Assembly (NCBI RefSeq): GCF_001194135.2
Contig: NC_068986.1
Span: 61,004,385 to 61,044,016 of the forward strand
DNA from: Octopus bimaculoides
Taxonomy: Eukaryota
Length of the DNA: 39,632 nt
Direction: 5' to 3'
Made by a program: the position numbers and the translations under genes. Under the pieces are notes generated by a model that saw only the letters and a list, made by a program, of their open reading frames with translations, had not been told where the DNA came from and searched no databases. Positions 1 to 12,573 of this stretch are shown piece by piece (within the stretch, counting starts at the first letter, position 1; the number at the start of each line of letters is the position of its first letter).

Positions 1-46
1 ATATATATATATATATATATACATACATATATGTATGTATATATAT

Positions 47-220
47 GACGGGCTTCTTTCAGTTTCTGTCTACCAAATCCACTCACAAGGATAAAGAACT
101 TTTCTGAGGCTATAGGGCAATAGTAGAAAACACTTGCCCAAGGTGCCATGCAATGGGACTGAATCTGGAACCGTGCAGTTGGGAAGCAAGCTTCTTACCA
201 TACAGCCACACCTGTGCCTA
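47..220 (-). mobile_element. tRNA-derived SINE, head and body (octopus-type, CORE-like)
   Basis: Reverse strand reads TAGGCACAGGTGTGGCTGTATGGTAAG (A-box-like) ... GATTCAGTCCC (B-box-like) ... CACCTTGGGCAAGTG. The same sequence recurs at 5697, 10136, 18131, 27630, 36583 and 38211. It runs into (AT)n at 1-46. Confidence 0.85.
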
Positions 221-799
221 TATTGTTTATAATTCTTTATTCCAGTTCCAAAATTAGATGTTCTCCTGTCATAATTTTTATGCTTAAAGTTAGTTATATA
301 TATAAACTTCTTGTTATTATTATTACTATTAATGTTTATATCAACCATACTTTTAGTAACTTAAGAGTTATTCCTATGCTTATTAATATTATTCTTGCGA
401 TTACTTAGCTTACTTAAATAAGATTACTTGGTGTATTTAGTTTTATTGCGCTCTCTATCAAGGATTATCATATTTGATATCCTATCATTACATACATACC
501 TCATTAATATACTTTGTATAATGATGTGTTTGGTTCTCCAAATCAACATTTTACTTTTTTGTATATTTTTTGTTGATAGTGCTTTTCACAATCAAATGGA
601 TTTGTCAACAAGTAGAAAATAAATTTTTCTGTTCTGTGATTAAAACATTATACCATTACATTTATTAGTTTTGTATTTTTTTTAATGAATTTATATTTAC
701 CATACAGTCATGATTTTAGCCTGGAATGCTGCTCATCATGAATGCACTTTTCTGTGCTAAAGGTCACTGGTATGGAGTAATGAACATATAGAAACAATG

Positions 800-985
800 G
801 AGCTTCTACCAGCTCATTCAGTCAGCTGCAAATCGTAGCCAAATTTCCAACAAATCACACCCTATTATTTTGAAAATAGAGGGCACACTGAATAATCTAG
901 AACTAAATACGAAATTTCAGAATGAAGGTTAGGATGGTCTTGCCTTTTATCATAGGTCTGCTTAGTAAAAAGTTGGCCTTGGGTT
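800..985. repeat. unclassified dispersed repeat, copy 1
   Basis: Shares GCCAAAT(T/C)TCC..CAAATCACACC(C/T)TA..T...TT(G/A)AAAAT with 2135-2335. Confidence 0.45.
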
Positions 986-1034
986 GCTTTTATTAATATA
1001 ATTCTATAGTAATTTACATTATTTTAAATAAATT

Positions 1035-2010
1035 ATCATCATCATCCACTTATACTGCTTGTATGGTTTCCTATCACCATCCAATTTTATTGTTCTTCAT
1101 ATTAGGCAGATGAGAGGGATTGCAATTTATGTCATCACAAACTTGCTCGTCATCCTCTACTGCCCCTTCCTTGTTCCCACAAAAGAACTTCACTAACAAT
1201 TTGCCATTAGCTCTCCGGCAATGCCCTGGGAATCTGACTCTACACTCTTTGATGACGTCTGATACTGGATGAAGGTTTGGTCAGATGATGTCTACAAGTG
1301 ACATTCAAAGCCATTCTTATCATGTGAGTGTAGCTTCCATCCAATCTTCTTTCCACTTTTGTGGTATGGGTCCATGCTAATCAGCCAAAGAGGCTCCTTT
1401 TCATGTTGTCTGGAAGTCTAGATTTCCACACTAGAAATAACTTGTTGATACACCACAAACTTTACCAATGCATGTGTTTACATTGCTTTCACAGTTTGAA
1501 ATTTTACAACCTAGGTAAGTAAATTTTTCTACACAGTTGAGAGGTGTACCAGATATTGTTTTCAGTGTTCCATTTTGATTTATGCTTATGTATTCTATTT
1601 TGTCTGAGTTAACATGGAGACTGGTACCTTTGGCTGAATGTTCAAGACTATGGAGAAGGGTTTCTACTCCACTTGTTAGAGGAGAGAGCATCATCAGCAT
1701 GTCCATTACCCCTTTGTGGCTATGGTGTGAATCCATTGTCTTTAATGGTATTGACAGAAGTTCTGAGAACATAATCCAAACAAATGATGAGTATCAAAGT
1801 GTCACCTTGTAGTACTACTGCAACAATTTCAAAGAAATCTATTTTGCTATCTGGAGATCATACCATTGAATATGTGTTTTTGTAGAGCATCATAATGGCT
1901 TTTACTGTTTCATTTGGAATACCATATACTAACAGTACTTTTGCCGTTTTACCTCTATGAATCGAATCAAATGCTTTCAATGAATAACAAAGCAGCATTT
2001 AGATTTATAA
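1035..2010 (-). mobile_element. decayed RTE-clade LINE, RT region to 3' end
   Basis: Minus-strand translation gives KAFDSIHRG, YGIPNETVKAIMMLYKNT, FFEIVAVVLQGDTL, CLDYVLRTS, SLHVNSDKIEY, EKFTYLG and VSEVLLWEQGRGSRG, with stops and frameshifts. Ends in a (TGA)n tail at 1035-1046. Confidence 0.85.
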
Positions 2011-2134
2011 ATTATGGGACTCTTAAATTCATAGGAAGGAAAAAAGTGACATCATTTTTGTAATGCTAATTGCTATGCTGAGTTCTTATTACTGAGATTT
2101 CATTATTACAACATGTTACGCATTCCTACAAAAA

Positions 2135-2335
2135 CAGTAGCCAATGAAAGGACATCTGTGTGGTTGTTTGACTTGTTAAACTTAGCAGCCAAATCTCCCT
2201 CAAAATCACACCTTACTGGCTTTAAAAATGAATACATTAGAGAATGTATTGCCTAAAAGAATTGCCATCACCACCATATCCTGCATTGCCTAAAAGGATA
2301 TGGTGGTGATGGCTAAAATGCCTTTGGTTATAGAC
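2135..2335. repeat. unclassified dispersed repeat, copy 2
   Basis: Similar to 800-985. Confidence 0.45.
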
Positions 2336-3600
2336 CTTATCAATTTGAATTGAAAGGGAGTTAAACAATAACAATTACAACAAAAACACAAAAGGAAGTT
2401 ATTGACAAATAGTTTATTTAATGTTGTTACATATAAACAAAAACATTTATAAATCACAACCTTATGAAGCACAAAAATTGAAATGTAAAAAAAAGTACCA
2501 AAAATATATATATAGTAGAAACAAAGATTTCCAATTTTGTTTTCTCTCAAAATATTAGCAAAGCCATTATTGACACCAATGAAAATTATTTTACATTGAT
2601 TTGTTGTTTGTAATGAGCTTCTCTGTAACCATTCAATGAACACAATTGATGTAATTAGTAGCCAAATCTTTCAATAAACTTTCTTCTTATTATCTTTAAA
2701 ATGGTAATCACAGGTACTATATCCAAAATATTAAAGTAGTGTATGGCAGAGCATTAAAAAAAAAACAGCATGAACATTGCTAGAATACTAAACAAAACAG
2801 TGGAAAATGAGAAAAAAAAACGTCAATATGGTTTAATATGAGTGTTAAAATCTAATATAAACATGGTATCATGCTCAACTTCACAGTTCACAGATAATAT
2901 TTAGAAATTAAGAAAGAACTATTAAAAGTTCAAGTTTTAAAAATGTTTTAGCACAATTCATGAGTGGTATGTAACTTAAATTATCTGAATTATTGCAGTA
3001 AGTATAGCAACCTTACTTCTAAAGAATATATCAACTGCTAAAAGATTACCAACATGAACTATAACCAAATTTTTTACAACTAATGTTAAATCTATTCAAC
3101 AGTACAAGATGAAATATTAACAACATGAATGTTAGTTGAAATATGAAGACAACAGTGGCAACAATGAAAGTATATGTCTCCATCAACACAAGTTTAAATA
3201 AGACTCTGCAGATCTAAAATCTCAATATTTATAACTACAAGCTGCAATGGATTAACTGTACACTCTACCTGACAAAATCAAAAATCACCAAGCATCCTCA
3301 ACCTAGGATCTTTAATGCAAAATGTAATACATAAATAAAATAACAACTAGTGATGAAATCTTGAGATAGACATCAGAAACCAACTAGATGCAGGAAAATT
3401 ACACCCTATTAAGACGTTGATATTTTTTCTTTGCTGGTAAATTACTGGATCTAGTTGTATTTTGGCATGAGTGAATCAGATTATGATTTGTCACAACCAC
3501 ATATAAGTCACTACAGAGTATTAGTAATGTCCAGAAGACTTCCTTCTAAAAATTACTTCAGACTAAGTTGATGAAGAAGTAGAACCTCTAACTCCCAAAT

Positions 3601-3932
3601 GCTATAAGTGGCACTCCATCAGTTATGATGGTGAGTGTTCCATTTGATCAGATCAACAGAACAACTTGCTTGTGAAATTAACATGCAAGTGGCCAAGCAC
3701 TCCACAGACACACATAACCTTAATGTAGTTCTCAAGGAGATTCTGCATGACACAAAATATGACAAAGCTGGCCCTTTAAATTACAGTTACAAGCCATTTT
3801 TGTCAGTTGAGTGGACTGGAACAATGTGAAATAAAGTGCCTTGCTCAAGAACATAATGCACTACTGGGAGTCAAATTCAAGATCTTAAGATCGTGAGCTA
3901 AATACCCTAACCACTATGCCACATGCCTTCAC
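3601..3932 (-). mobile_element. second tRNA-derived SINE family
   Basis: Minus strand GTGAAGGCATGTGGCATAGTGGTTAGG (A box), degenerate B box GAATTTGACTCC, then TTCTTGAGCAAGGCACTTTATTTCAC. The body differs from the main SINE. Confidence 0.7.
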
Positions 3933-5696
3933 TAAATACTATAATGACAGAGGAAGGAAGCAGAAATTAGGCCATTCAACCTCTTCCTATTACTACTAGT
4001 TTAAATTCCTCCCTCTAAACAAATCATACACAAATTTCTCATGAAGATATCAACCTCAGTGACAAGAGAACAGTTAAGTCAATAATTAGGAATTATTGAT
4101 ATCTATGAAACACAGGATGTTAAAAACAATAAAGCTGAACTTTTTACACCTACTTAACAAAACAATTGAGCTTAAAAAATTTATTACATATCATTTCCTT
4201 CAATGTCTCAGTACAATTTGTGAAGTAGTTTGGGCTTTCTTTTTTATCACTTCTAAGTTGTATATCATTAATATACTGATTTTATTTCAGAGATCATCAC
4301 TGTGAGCACTTTTAACATACCTGATACCATTTTACAGGTAATTCAAAATGACTCAGCAATTATAATGTGCTTTCATAGACATGGGACTGGTACCACTACT
4401 TTCTAAGGATGAAGCAGATGAATGACAAATATTTTTCATTGGCCGGAACAGCATAGATGTTTTCATTCCATCAGATTTGAACTCTGCAAAACAGTGCTTT
4501 TGTTGCTCACAATGATGATCTATCTTGTTCACGAGTCATTTATTTAAATAATTTTTTGTTTCACATGTATGTATGGAATCAATTATTCAGACAAGGGATT
4601 TCAATCATTGCATGCTTTGTTCCATTGACTTTTCAAATTCAAATATTACACAGTGTAGAATTTCAAATTTATTGAGACAGGAAGAGAGAAATTTTTCAAT
4701 TTTGCTATTGTTACTTAAGTGACTTCCAACAATGAGTATAAGAACAAAACACTGCTTGCCTCAAGCTCTTTCAGAAAACACAAAAATGAACACAAAATAA
4801 TAAATGTACTTTCACTACTGAACAAACATTTGCAATCAGGAAACTAAATAACAATGTAGTGTAGGATATTTTAATACGAAACAGCAATTCCTAAAATAGT
4901 TTGATGATTACAAGCAATAACAATGTGTGGTGGCATACTTAAAAAGCCTATATATACAAAGATTTTTAGCCAACATTATAAACTGTCTTTATGTAGAATA
5001 TTTTCATGGTCAGAAAATGAGTGATCTGCCAGACCAGCTTCAATCCTGCATTGAGATTTCATTAACAACTTAGTATATTCTCCTTAACTGTCCATGGAGA
5101 CTCATCATAACCCAACTACTTCTATGGAGTTAAGTAAATCAGATAGACTGATTTGTACATATAACACATTCTAGTCAGCTAGTTCTATTAATAAGCTATA
5201 CTGTACTACAGGATATATCTATAAACTTTTTAGCCTACATTTTACATATAGACAGATGCAAACACCTTGTCTTGATATACATTCTTTTCATAAAGAGAAA
5301 AAGAGGGACCAACTGGACTAGTTTCAATCCTGTGTTGGTAGTCATTAGTAACTGAGTAACTTCCTTAACTTTGAAACTAAATTTGAAGTTAATGAGGTTA
5401 ACCACTGAAGCCACTGATTTGAAAACATCAAAAATTTGCCTTGATATCAAAAACTCTGGCATTAGGAACCCACAACTAGATAAACAAAAAAAAATATTTA
5501 AACAGACATCTGGTGAACCAGATAGTCACTTTTTTATTGAAAAGAAATAGTAATCCTGAAAAAATTTATAATTGCATTAATTTATTTTCATGTAATTTCA
5601 TTGGATAAAAATAAGCTGTTTATTGAAGAAACTATCACATTACACACACACACAATAACATGTTAAGACAGCAATACAAAGATACACACACATAAA

Positions 5697-5828
5697 CTGG
5701 CTTCTTCAGTTTCAAATCCACTCACAGGGCTTTGGTTGGCCCAAGTCTATAGTGCTCAAGGTGTCATGCAGTAAAACTAAACCTTAGAGTTGGGAAGTAA
5801 ACTTCTTACCACATACCCACACTTGCAT
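5697..5828 (-). mobile_element. degenerate SINE head/body fragment
   Basis: AAATCCACTCACAGGGCTTTGGTTGGCCCAAG ... TTGGGAAGTAAACTTCTTACCACA matches the 47-220 family. Confidence 0.7.
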
Positions 5829-6086
5829 TGGTCATACACTGAATGATGATGATAATGATGATGATGACATTTTACATACTTTGGTTCATCTAGTTGTGGG
5901 TTCTTCATCCTAGATTTCGAGATAAAACTTAACTTTCAGTGATCATTCATTGATGGATAACTTCAATCATAAAAGGTCAAACAGATGAATCTAATGCTTT
6001 AGTTTGTGAAGCTAAGTATTTCTTTTGTAGTATCTGAAAAATGTTCTCTTCTGTGATAAATAAATATCAGATGACAACTTAGTGGA

Positions 6087-6228
6087 TTGGCAAAAAAGAC
6101 TAATAGAATAAGTACCAGGTTTTTTTTTTTAAATAGAACTAGTATTGATTTATTTGACTAAAATTCTTCAAGGCAGTGCTCCAGCATGGCTGCAGTCTAA
6201 TGACTGAAATAAGTAAAAGATAAAAGAG
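6087..6228 (+). mobile_element. SINE 3' tail fragment
   Basis: ATAGAATAAGTACCAGG ... GCTCCAGCATGGCTGCAGTCTAATGACTGAAATAAGTAAAAGA matches the tails at 10136 and 28370. Confidence 0.75.
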
Positions 6229-6732
6229 CCATTGTTTCTGTGCGGGCATGAGTTGACAAATTTGAAATATAGTAATATATACCCTTCCACAAGATACAAT
6301 CCTATAAGTTGTATTTCCTGAGATTGTGTTAAAGGGCTTAATGTCTGAATAGTCCTCTTGTTACAACTGACATTACAGAAAAAAGTATCCTGCAGAGAAA
6401 CATAAGGAAGTGTCTACAGTAAATTTGAAATTGCAACTCAGGTGCCAGTAGCCCTGTATTTTATCCATTAGACACAAGGGGGTAAAATACCATCAATCCT
6501 AAAAATATTTTAACTCAGAATAGAAACAACAGAAAATGAAAGAAAAGTTTGTTTCAATTGCTTTTCCTCCAGGTCTCTCTACTATGGGCGACTTACACAT
6601 TCCATGGTATATTTTCAGTCAATTTGCATATTCATAAAGATCCAAAGTTTTTATGCAATGTTTATTCCTAGTGGAACTACATTTTACTAGAATTATGTCT
6701 TTAATTGATTTTTTTCACCCTATTACTAGATT

Positions 6733-7798
6733 GGCATAACTACAGATTCCTGCCCCACCTCCGAATTTGGATGATCATAACTTTCAGAAAAATGGATATT
6801 TTTTAATGAAATTTTCTACGAGTATGTGTTATATCATGTAGATTCAAAACATACAAAACCTTTTGGGGAAAGTATTTTAGAAGGGGGTGGGGTGGAGAAT
6901 TTCAGATAATTCACTAGCGTCCACTTCAATTCATCTTAACTTTCAAGAAAATAGATATCTTTTAATGAAATTTTCTACAAATACACCTCGGACTATGTAG
7001 ATTCCACAAACATAGGAAGTTTTGGGGAAAATAATCGGGGGTTATTTTTGAGGACCGTTCCCCACTCTGGGNNNNNNNNNNTCTGGGGTGTTTCTGAACA
7101 AATCGTCCATATTTGTTTCATTTTCATAAATTTTCCAAAAAACTTTTTCTTAAAAGTCCCCCACAACCACCACATCACTTCGAAGACCTGAGTGAAAAAT
7201 AAAATTAGAAAAATCCCAGTCAAAATGGAGAGAAAAAAAAGCACACACACATATATATTTAATTAAAAAAGTTGAAACAGGGAATTATTCCATTCAATGT
7301 CTTTCTGTTAGAAAGATTTAGACCTTTAGCTGGTATTTTTAGCATAACGAGTTTTCTGGTGACAGCTTCATTGCCTGCTGCTTCAGTAGAACTCTACGGA
7401 TGCACAAACGCACAAAATGGAGAAAATGAAACAAATATGGACGAATTGTTCCAAAACACCTCCAAGTGGGGAATGGTCCTCAAAAATAACCTCCAATTGT
7501 TTTCCCCAAAAATTCCTGTTCTTGGAATCTACATAGTCCAAGGTATATTTGTAGAAAATTTCATTAAAAAATACCTATTTTCTTGAATGTTAAGATGAAT
7601 TGAAGTGGATGCCAGTGAATTTTCCGAAATTCCCCACCTCAACGCATCCTAAAACATTTTCCCCAAAAGGTTTTGTATATTTCGAATCTACATGATGATA
7701 TAACACATGTTTGTAAAAATTTCATTAAAAAATATCCATTTTTCTGAAAACTATGATCATCCAAAGTCGGGGGTGGGGCAGGAATCTGTAGTTATGCC
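6733..7798. mobile_element. non-autonomous fold-back DNA transposon with ~380-bp TIRs and an 8-bp TSD
   Basis: GGCATAACTACAGATTCCTGCCCCAC at 6733 is the reverse complement of the end at 7798. Arms are about 6733-7125 and 7422-7798. Flanks are ACTAGATT (6725-6732) and ACAAGATT (7799-7806), 7/8 identical. No transposase ORF. Confidence 0.85.
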
Positions 7799-8630
7799 AC
7801 AAGATTGACTCTCTAAAGGCCCAACAGAGAAAATGTTCTTTGTTATCTGTGAATCCCATTCATTGTCCTTGATCATCAAATTCTCAGAGATTTTCAGTGC
7901 TTCTTTCTTTGATTGTTAGTTTACAGGTATCTAAATCATTGCACTCATATTTAATGACATCCCTCTTTATACTAGCAGGTCATTTCAACTATAAACACTC
8001 ATAACTATATTATATACCTATCGTCCTCAAATTTCTTACAGCTTCAGTCTCACTATTTGTTTTACCTAGCTTCCATACACAATTTCCTACTGCCACCTTT
8101 CATTTTCCTTGAAACATATCACATTTTTTATGGATTTATCAACTCTATTATTCTTTCATGTTGTTCCCATTCTTGCTGTACTCTACACTGTACTTCAAGG
8201 ATCTGCAAGTAGCTTATCTCTCTAAGTTGTTTATATTGATTTTTATTTTTCAGTGTTTCTCTCTATGTTGAAAAGCATCATTCAGTTTCTATATTAGCTT
8301 ACATTTTATCATATTTCTTCTCCAACTTTCCCAGGAACATAAATGTATACATTCAGAAAAAGCTGATAATTCACTCTGTTGCCACTTGGAGTTTCTTGGT
8401 CACAAAATTGCTCATATAACAAAAAGATGCTTTAGTAGCCTTAATGATAACACATAGTGAAAAGCTTAATAGTGACAGTGAACTATCAATTTCTTCCAAA
8501 TGAATACACTCAACAACATGGACTAAGAAGTCTTTCTCTTGTTTGCACTTCCAACACACACACACAACACACACCAGTGAAGGGAGAATAGACCTAAATG
8601 AGTAAAATAGGTTTATTCTATATATATATA

Positions 8631-10063
8631 TTGGGTTGGCAGCTAAGTTCCTGCAGTTTTTTTTAATTTTGGAATTTATTGTGTTTTTAAGTTTTGGAAT
8701 CTATTTTTTTCGAGAATTCTATTTTTGAATCATTTTGGAATCTATTTTGTTTTCTTTTTAGTTAATTTTAATTAATTTTTGTTTATTTTCAGATCATTAA
8801 AATGGAATGTCAAGTTAAGAAAAACGAGCATTTTCGACACCTCCTTCTTTTTGCTTTTAATCAAGATTCTAAGGCTACAAAAGCTGTTCACGCATTTGTG
8901 CTGTGTATCGAGAGGGTGCAATAGCTGAAAGAACCACTTGTAATTGGTATGCCAAATTCAAAAATGGAAATTTTGACATCAAAGACGCACCTCATTCTGG
9001 CCGTCCAGTCGAGTTCAATGAAGAGTGATTAAACCAACTTTTGCACAAAAATTCTCGTCAAATTACAAGGGAACTGGCAGTGAAAATGGAATGCTCCCAC
9101 ACTGCTATAGAGAAGCATCTTCACTCAATGGGATAGGTTCAGAAGTATGGAGTGTGGGTTCTGCATACTTTAAGTGACAACAACAAAAATCAGTGAGCCA
9201 CAATCTCCGCTGGTTTGCTTGCTCATCACCGCTCAACTCATGGACACAAGCAACAATTTCTTTAGCGAATCATTACTGGTGACGAAAAATAGTGCCTGTA
9301 CATCAATATGAAGCAGCGTATAGAATGGCTTAGTCCCGATAAACAAGTAACACCGCGTGTGAAACAAGATCTTCATCTGCGTAAAACGATGTTGTGCAAA
9401 TGGTGGGACTGGGAAGGGATTCTCAATTAAGAATTGCTTGAACGGAACCAAATGGTCAACGCGGAACTCTATGTTCAACAGATGGAACGACTCAACACAG
9501 CTATTCAAGAGAAAAGACCTAATTGGCAGCATGGAGTTCTTCNNNNNNNNNNGCTATTCAAGAGAAAAGACCTAATTGGCAGCATGGAGTTCTTCTGCTG
9601 CATGACAACGCCCGCCCTCATATACACAAAACATACAGGCGTTGGTACATGGCTAGATACATATACAGATGTATATAGGCAAAACATAAATATATATTAG
9701 GTTGGCAACTAAGTTCCCGTCAAGGAAGCCATTCAAACGCATGGCTGGGAAGTGCTGTCACACCCACCGTACTCTCCTGATTTGGCACCAACGGATTTCC
9801 ACCTCTTTCAATCTCTTTTAAATGCTATGCATGGAGTTTCGTTCCGTACTGATGCAGAATTGAGAGCTTGGTTGGATCAATTTTTCGAGTCGAAATCGGG
9901 TGATTTCTACCAACGAGGTATTGAAAATCTTGTTGAACGTTAGAAAGAAGTTGTAAACAACAAGGGTGAATACATTATTGATTAATTAGTTGTTATTTTT
10001 TATTAATCCTTTTAGAAAAATTAAATTTAAAAAAAAACAGCAGTAACTTAGTTGCTAACCCAA
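8631..10063 (+). mobile_element. full-length decayed mariner (Tc1/mariner) element
   Basis: TIRs TTGGGTTGGCAGCTAAGTTCC and the reverse-complement GTAACTTAGTTGCTAACCCAA. TA on both sides, within (TA)n. Confidence 0.93.
8802..9985 (+). pseudogene. mariner transposase pseudogene
   Basis: MECQVKKNEHFRHLLLFAFN, DAPHSGRP, WVLH, ITGDEK, HDNARPH, HPPYSPDLAPTDFHLF, GEYIID-stop. Several stops, a frameshift, an N-gap and a ~95-bp insertion. Confidence 0.93.
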
Positions 10064-10135
10064 TATATATATATACACACACACCTATATGCATGCACAC
10101 ACACACACACATATATATATACATACACACACATA

Positions 10136-10505
10136 TTCTTTTTATTTGTTTCAGTCATTTGACTGCAGCCATGCTAGAGCACCGCCATTAGTCCAACAAA
10201 TCGACCCCAGGACCTATTCTTTGTAAGCCTAATACTTATTCTATCAGTTACTTTTGCTGAACTGCTAAGTTACAGGGAAGTAAACACACCAACATCGGTT
10301 GTCAAGCAATGGTGGGGGGACAAACATATATATACACATGCACACACACACACATACACTGGGCTTCTTTCAGTTTCCATCTATCAAATCCACTCACAAG
10401 GCTTTGGTCGGCCCAAGGCCATAGTAGAAGGTACTTGCCCAAGGTGCCATGCAGTGGGACTGAACCTGGAACCATGTGGTTGGGAAGCAATCTTCTTACC
10501 ACATA
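10136..10505 (-). mobile_element. near full-length tRNA-derived SINE with internal (TG)n and tail type 1
   Basis: B-box-like GGTTCAGTCCC, CACCTTGGGCAAG body, internal microsatellite, tail ending GCAGTCAAATGACTGAAACAAATAAAAAGAA. Confidence 0.88.
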
Positions 10506-11429
10506 CACATATATATATAATGAATAAATAGGGATAAAGCCCCCAGGCAGTGACCATTTGAGCACTCAGTTATAATCCAGGTTATGACTAACCACATCAA
10601 GTTGCAAGGAGCACCTAGGACTATTTAAAGTAAGAAATTTCAATGTACTTCATCTGATGGATAAATCCTAGATTTGCTTCACTGGATTATAAATAGCTTA
10701 CCTAGAATAAAGCCAAGACAATTACAATGAATACAATGAATATCTGCATATGTTTTTATGTCTACAGTCAATTATACAGCATATTTGATGTAAATGAGTA
10801 TTACACACATTTCTGCTACATAGACATCTCAACTGGTTATTAGTCTGTGCAACTTAATTCAAGGTCTATCCACTAAAGTGCTGTGAAGCAAACTAAGTGT
10901 ATGTAGGTTTAGCTAGCATTGTATTTGGTAGGTGACTATAGTTTTTGAGTGCAAAGAATGTGAGAGGACAATTTGGAAACTTGATATGGCTATAAAAACT
11001 GTGATAAGGTTGCCTCTATACTGACTGTAGGTTTGAATTTTGAAGAGAATACTAAACCATTAAGTAAGTCAAAGCATATATTTCTGAGCACACTAGCCTT
11101 AGGTGGATTAGGAATCAGTGAGTTGTAAATATTGCATACAATTACTGGTCACTAATTCAGATATAATTTAAATAAATGAGAGATATAAAATTTACCTGTA
11201 GAGCCGACAATTTGAATTTTTCTTTGTATAATAAAGTTTTAATTTTCATGTAGCTTTGTCACCCTATATGTGTTGCAAGAATTTTCAAATATGTAGTTTT
11301 ACATATAAAGAATACTAATTACTACTTGATATAGGCAAACTAGATGTTACACTGACATTTACCTCCTATTTACATGGTGCTTACTTAATTAACAATCCTT
11401 TCTATGGAAGTTATTTGAATGCTCTTGTC

Positions 11430-11800
11430 TGTAAAGGAGCAGACATTATAGGGCCTGTTCTTGCCTATGAAGTTTAAATGTGAAGATATGGCACATTTCT
11501 TCTATGCATAAATTGTATCTTTTCCCTCTGATTTGCATAAGGTGTTCCACCTATTATTTCCCATTCAATTTTAAAGTTAGTGTTTCTATCCTTAAGATAC
11601 CAGATATGCATTTTCTCTTTATCTTTAAATGATGCTAGATGATTTGCCAGTCTCATCTTGAAATTCCACCTGACGTAACCCTACACCTGTATACTATATT
11701 TTTCCTCAGACATTGAGCATTTAGGATTCAAATTTTATTCTTGCCAGAGCTACAAAGATATTTATTGATACTGACTCAGCCTGTGTTAATGGGACCATAA
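11430..11800 (-). mobile_element. Penelope-like GIY-YIG endonuclease fragment
   Basis: Minus strand, across frameshifts: ...NIVYRCRVTSGG ... FKMRLANHLASFKD ... HIWYLKDRNTNFKIEWEII. Parallels the GIY-YIG ORF at 24472-25212. Confidence 0.7.
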
Positions 11801-12003
11801 TTAGATACCTTCACTGTTTCTTTGTCTACAAATCTAGTGTTTATATTTTGGTTATAGTCTCAAGTTTCTATGCTAATGTTTACTGTATGGTCCAACTCCA
11901 TTAGGAATAATAACACTAGTCTCCTTTTGATGGCTTACCTCCATTTTGGTGTGCATTTCCCTGTCGTACCGTTTTGGCTCTGTGTGTGGTTGTTATCATG
12001 ATT

Positions 12004-12546
12004 AAACGTTGCACAGTATCCAATATCATGATGTTGTTGATGGAAGATATTGGGTCTACTGGAGGTTTGTACTGTCTGTCAAGTCACAATAAGGACATCA
12101 GACACACAGTACTTTATGCAATATGCATACAACTCCAAGTAAAGCCGATTTTTGCAATACACCTATATAAGGTATTTCTAAAGTTTCCAATTGTTTCTTT
12201 AGGTTGGGTGGTATTGAACCCAATGCTCCAATGACAACAGAGGCAATCTTTATGTTTGACTCTTGTAGCTGCCACATCTTGATAATCTCAATTCTCAGGT
12301 CTCCAAATTTATCAATGACAACAGGGACAATCCTTATGTTTGACTCTCATAACTGCCACATCTTGGCGATCTCAATTCTCAGGTCTCCATATTTATCAAT
12401 CTTTTCTCTTTCTTTCTGCTATGTCAATTATTAGACATTCTTATTTGTCCCTCCTAAACATTACTATATCCGGCCTTCAGTGTTCTAACACCTTGTCTGT
12501 CTGTAAGTCAAAGTCCCAGAGGATCTTTGCCTTCCCCTGTTCATCC
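12004..12546 (-). mobile_element. R4/Dong-type RLE non-LTR element A (5'-truncated, old)
   Basis: KILWDFDLQTDKVLEH-RPDIV, IDKYGDLRIEIAKMW, VVIGALGSIPPNLKKQLE, LQKSALLG..ILHKVLCV, stop at 12098-12100. Confidence 0.85.
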
Positions 12547-12573
12547 TATTATTATTATTATTATTATTATCAT
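12547..12573. repeat. (TAA)n/(TTA)n tract between RLE elements A and B
   Basis: Direct reading. Confidence 0.95.

Noticed and set aside
2340-3350. Possible minus-strand 3' UTR with AATAAA at 2413-2418
   Set aside because: Compositional impression only; the hexamer is expected by chance in AT-rich DNA and no upstream coding exon was found.
5235-5480. Possible minus-strand host exon (acceptor-like TTTGTTTATCTAG before a 75-aa ORF)
   Set aside because: No recognisable protein, the acceptor-like site lies within a dispersed repeat motif, and there are no partner exons.
9503-9595. 43-bp direct duplication inside the mariner transposase
   Set aside because: The identical copies flank a 10-N gap (9543-9552), the typical signature of an unmerged contig overlap.
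10627-10660. Minus-strand CAGATGA...GAAA as a hammerhead for the PLE fragment at 11430
   Set aside because: The core is mutated and there is no convincing stem I, II or III.
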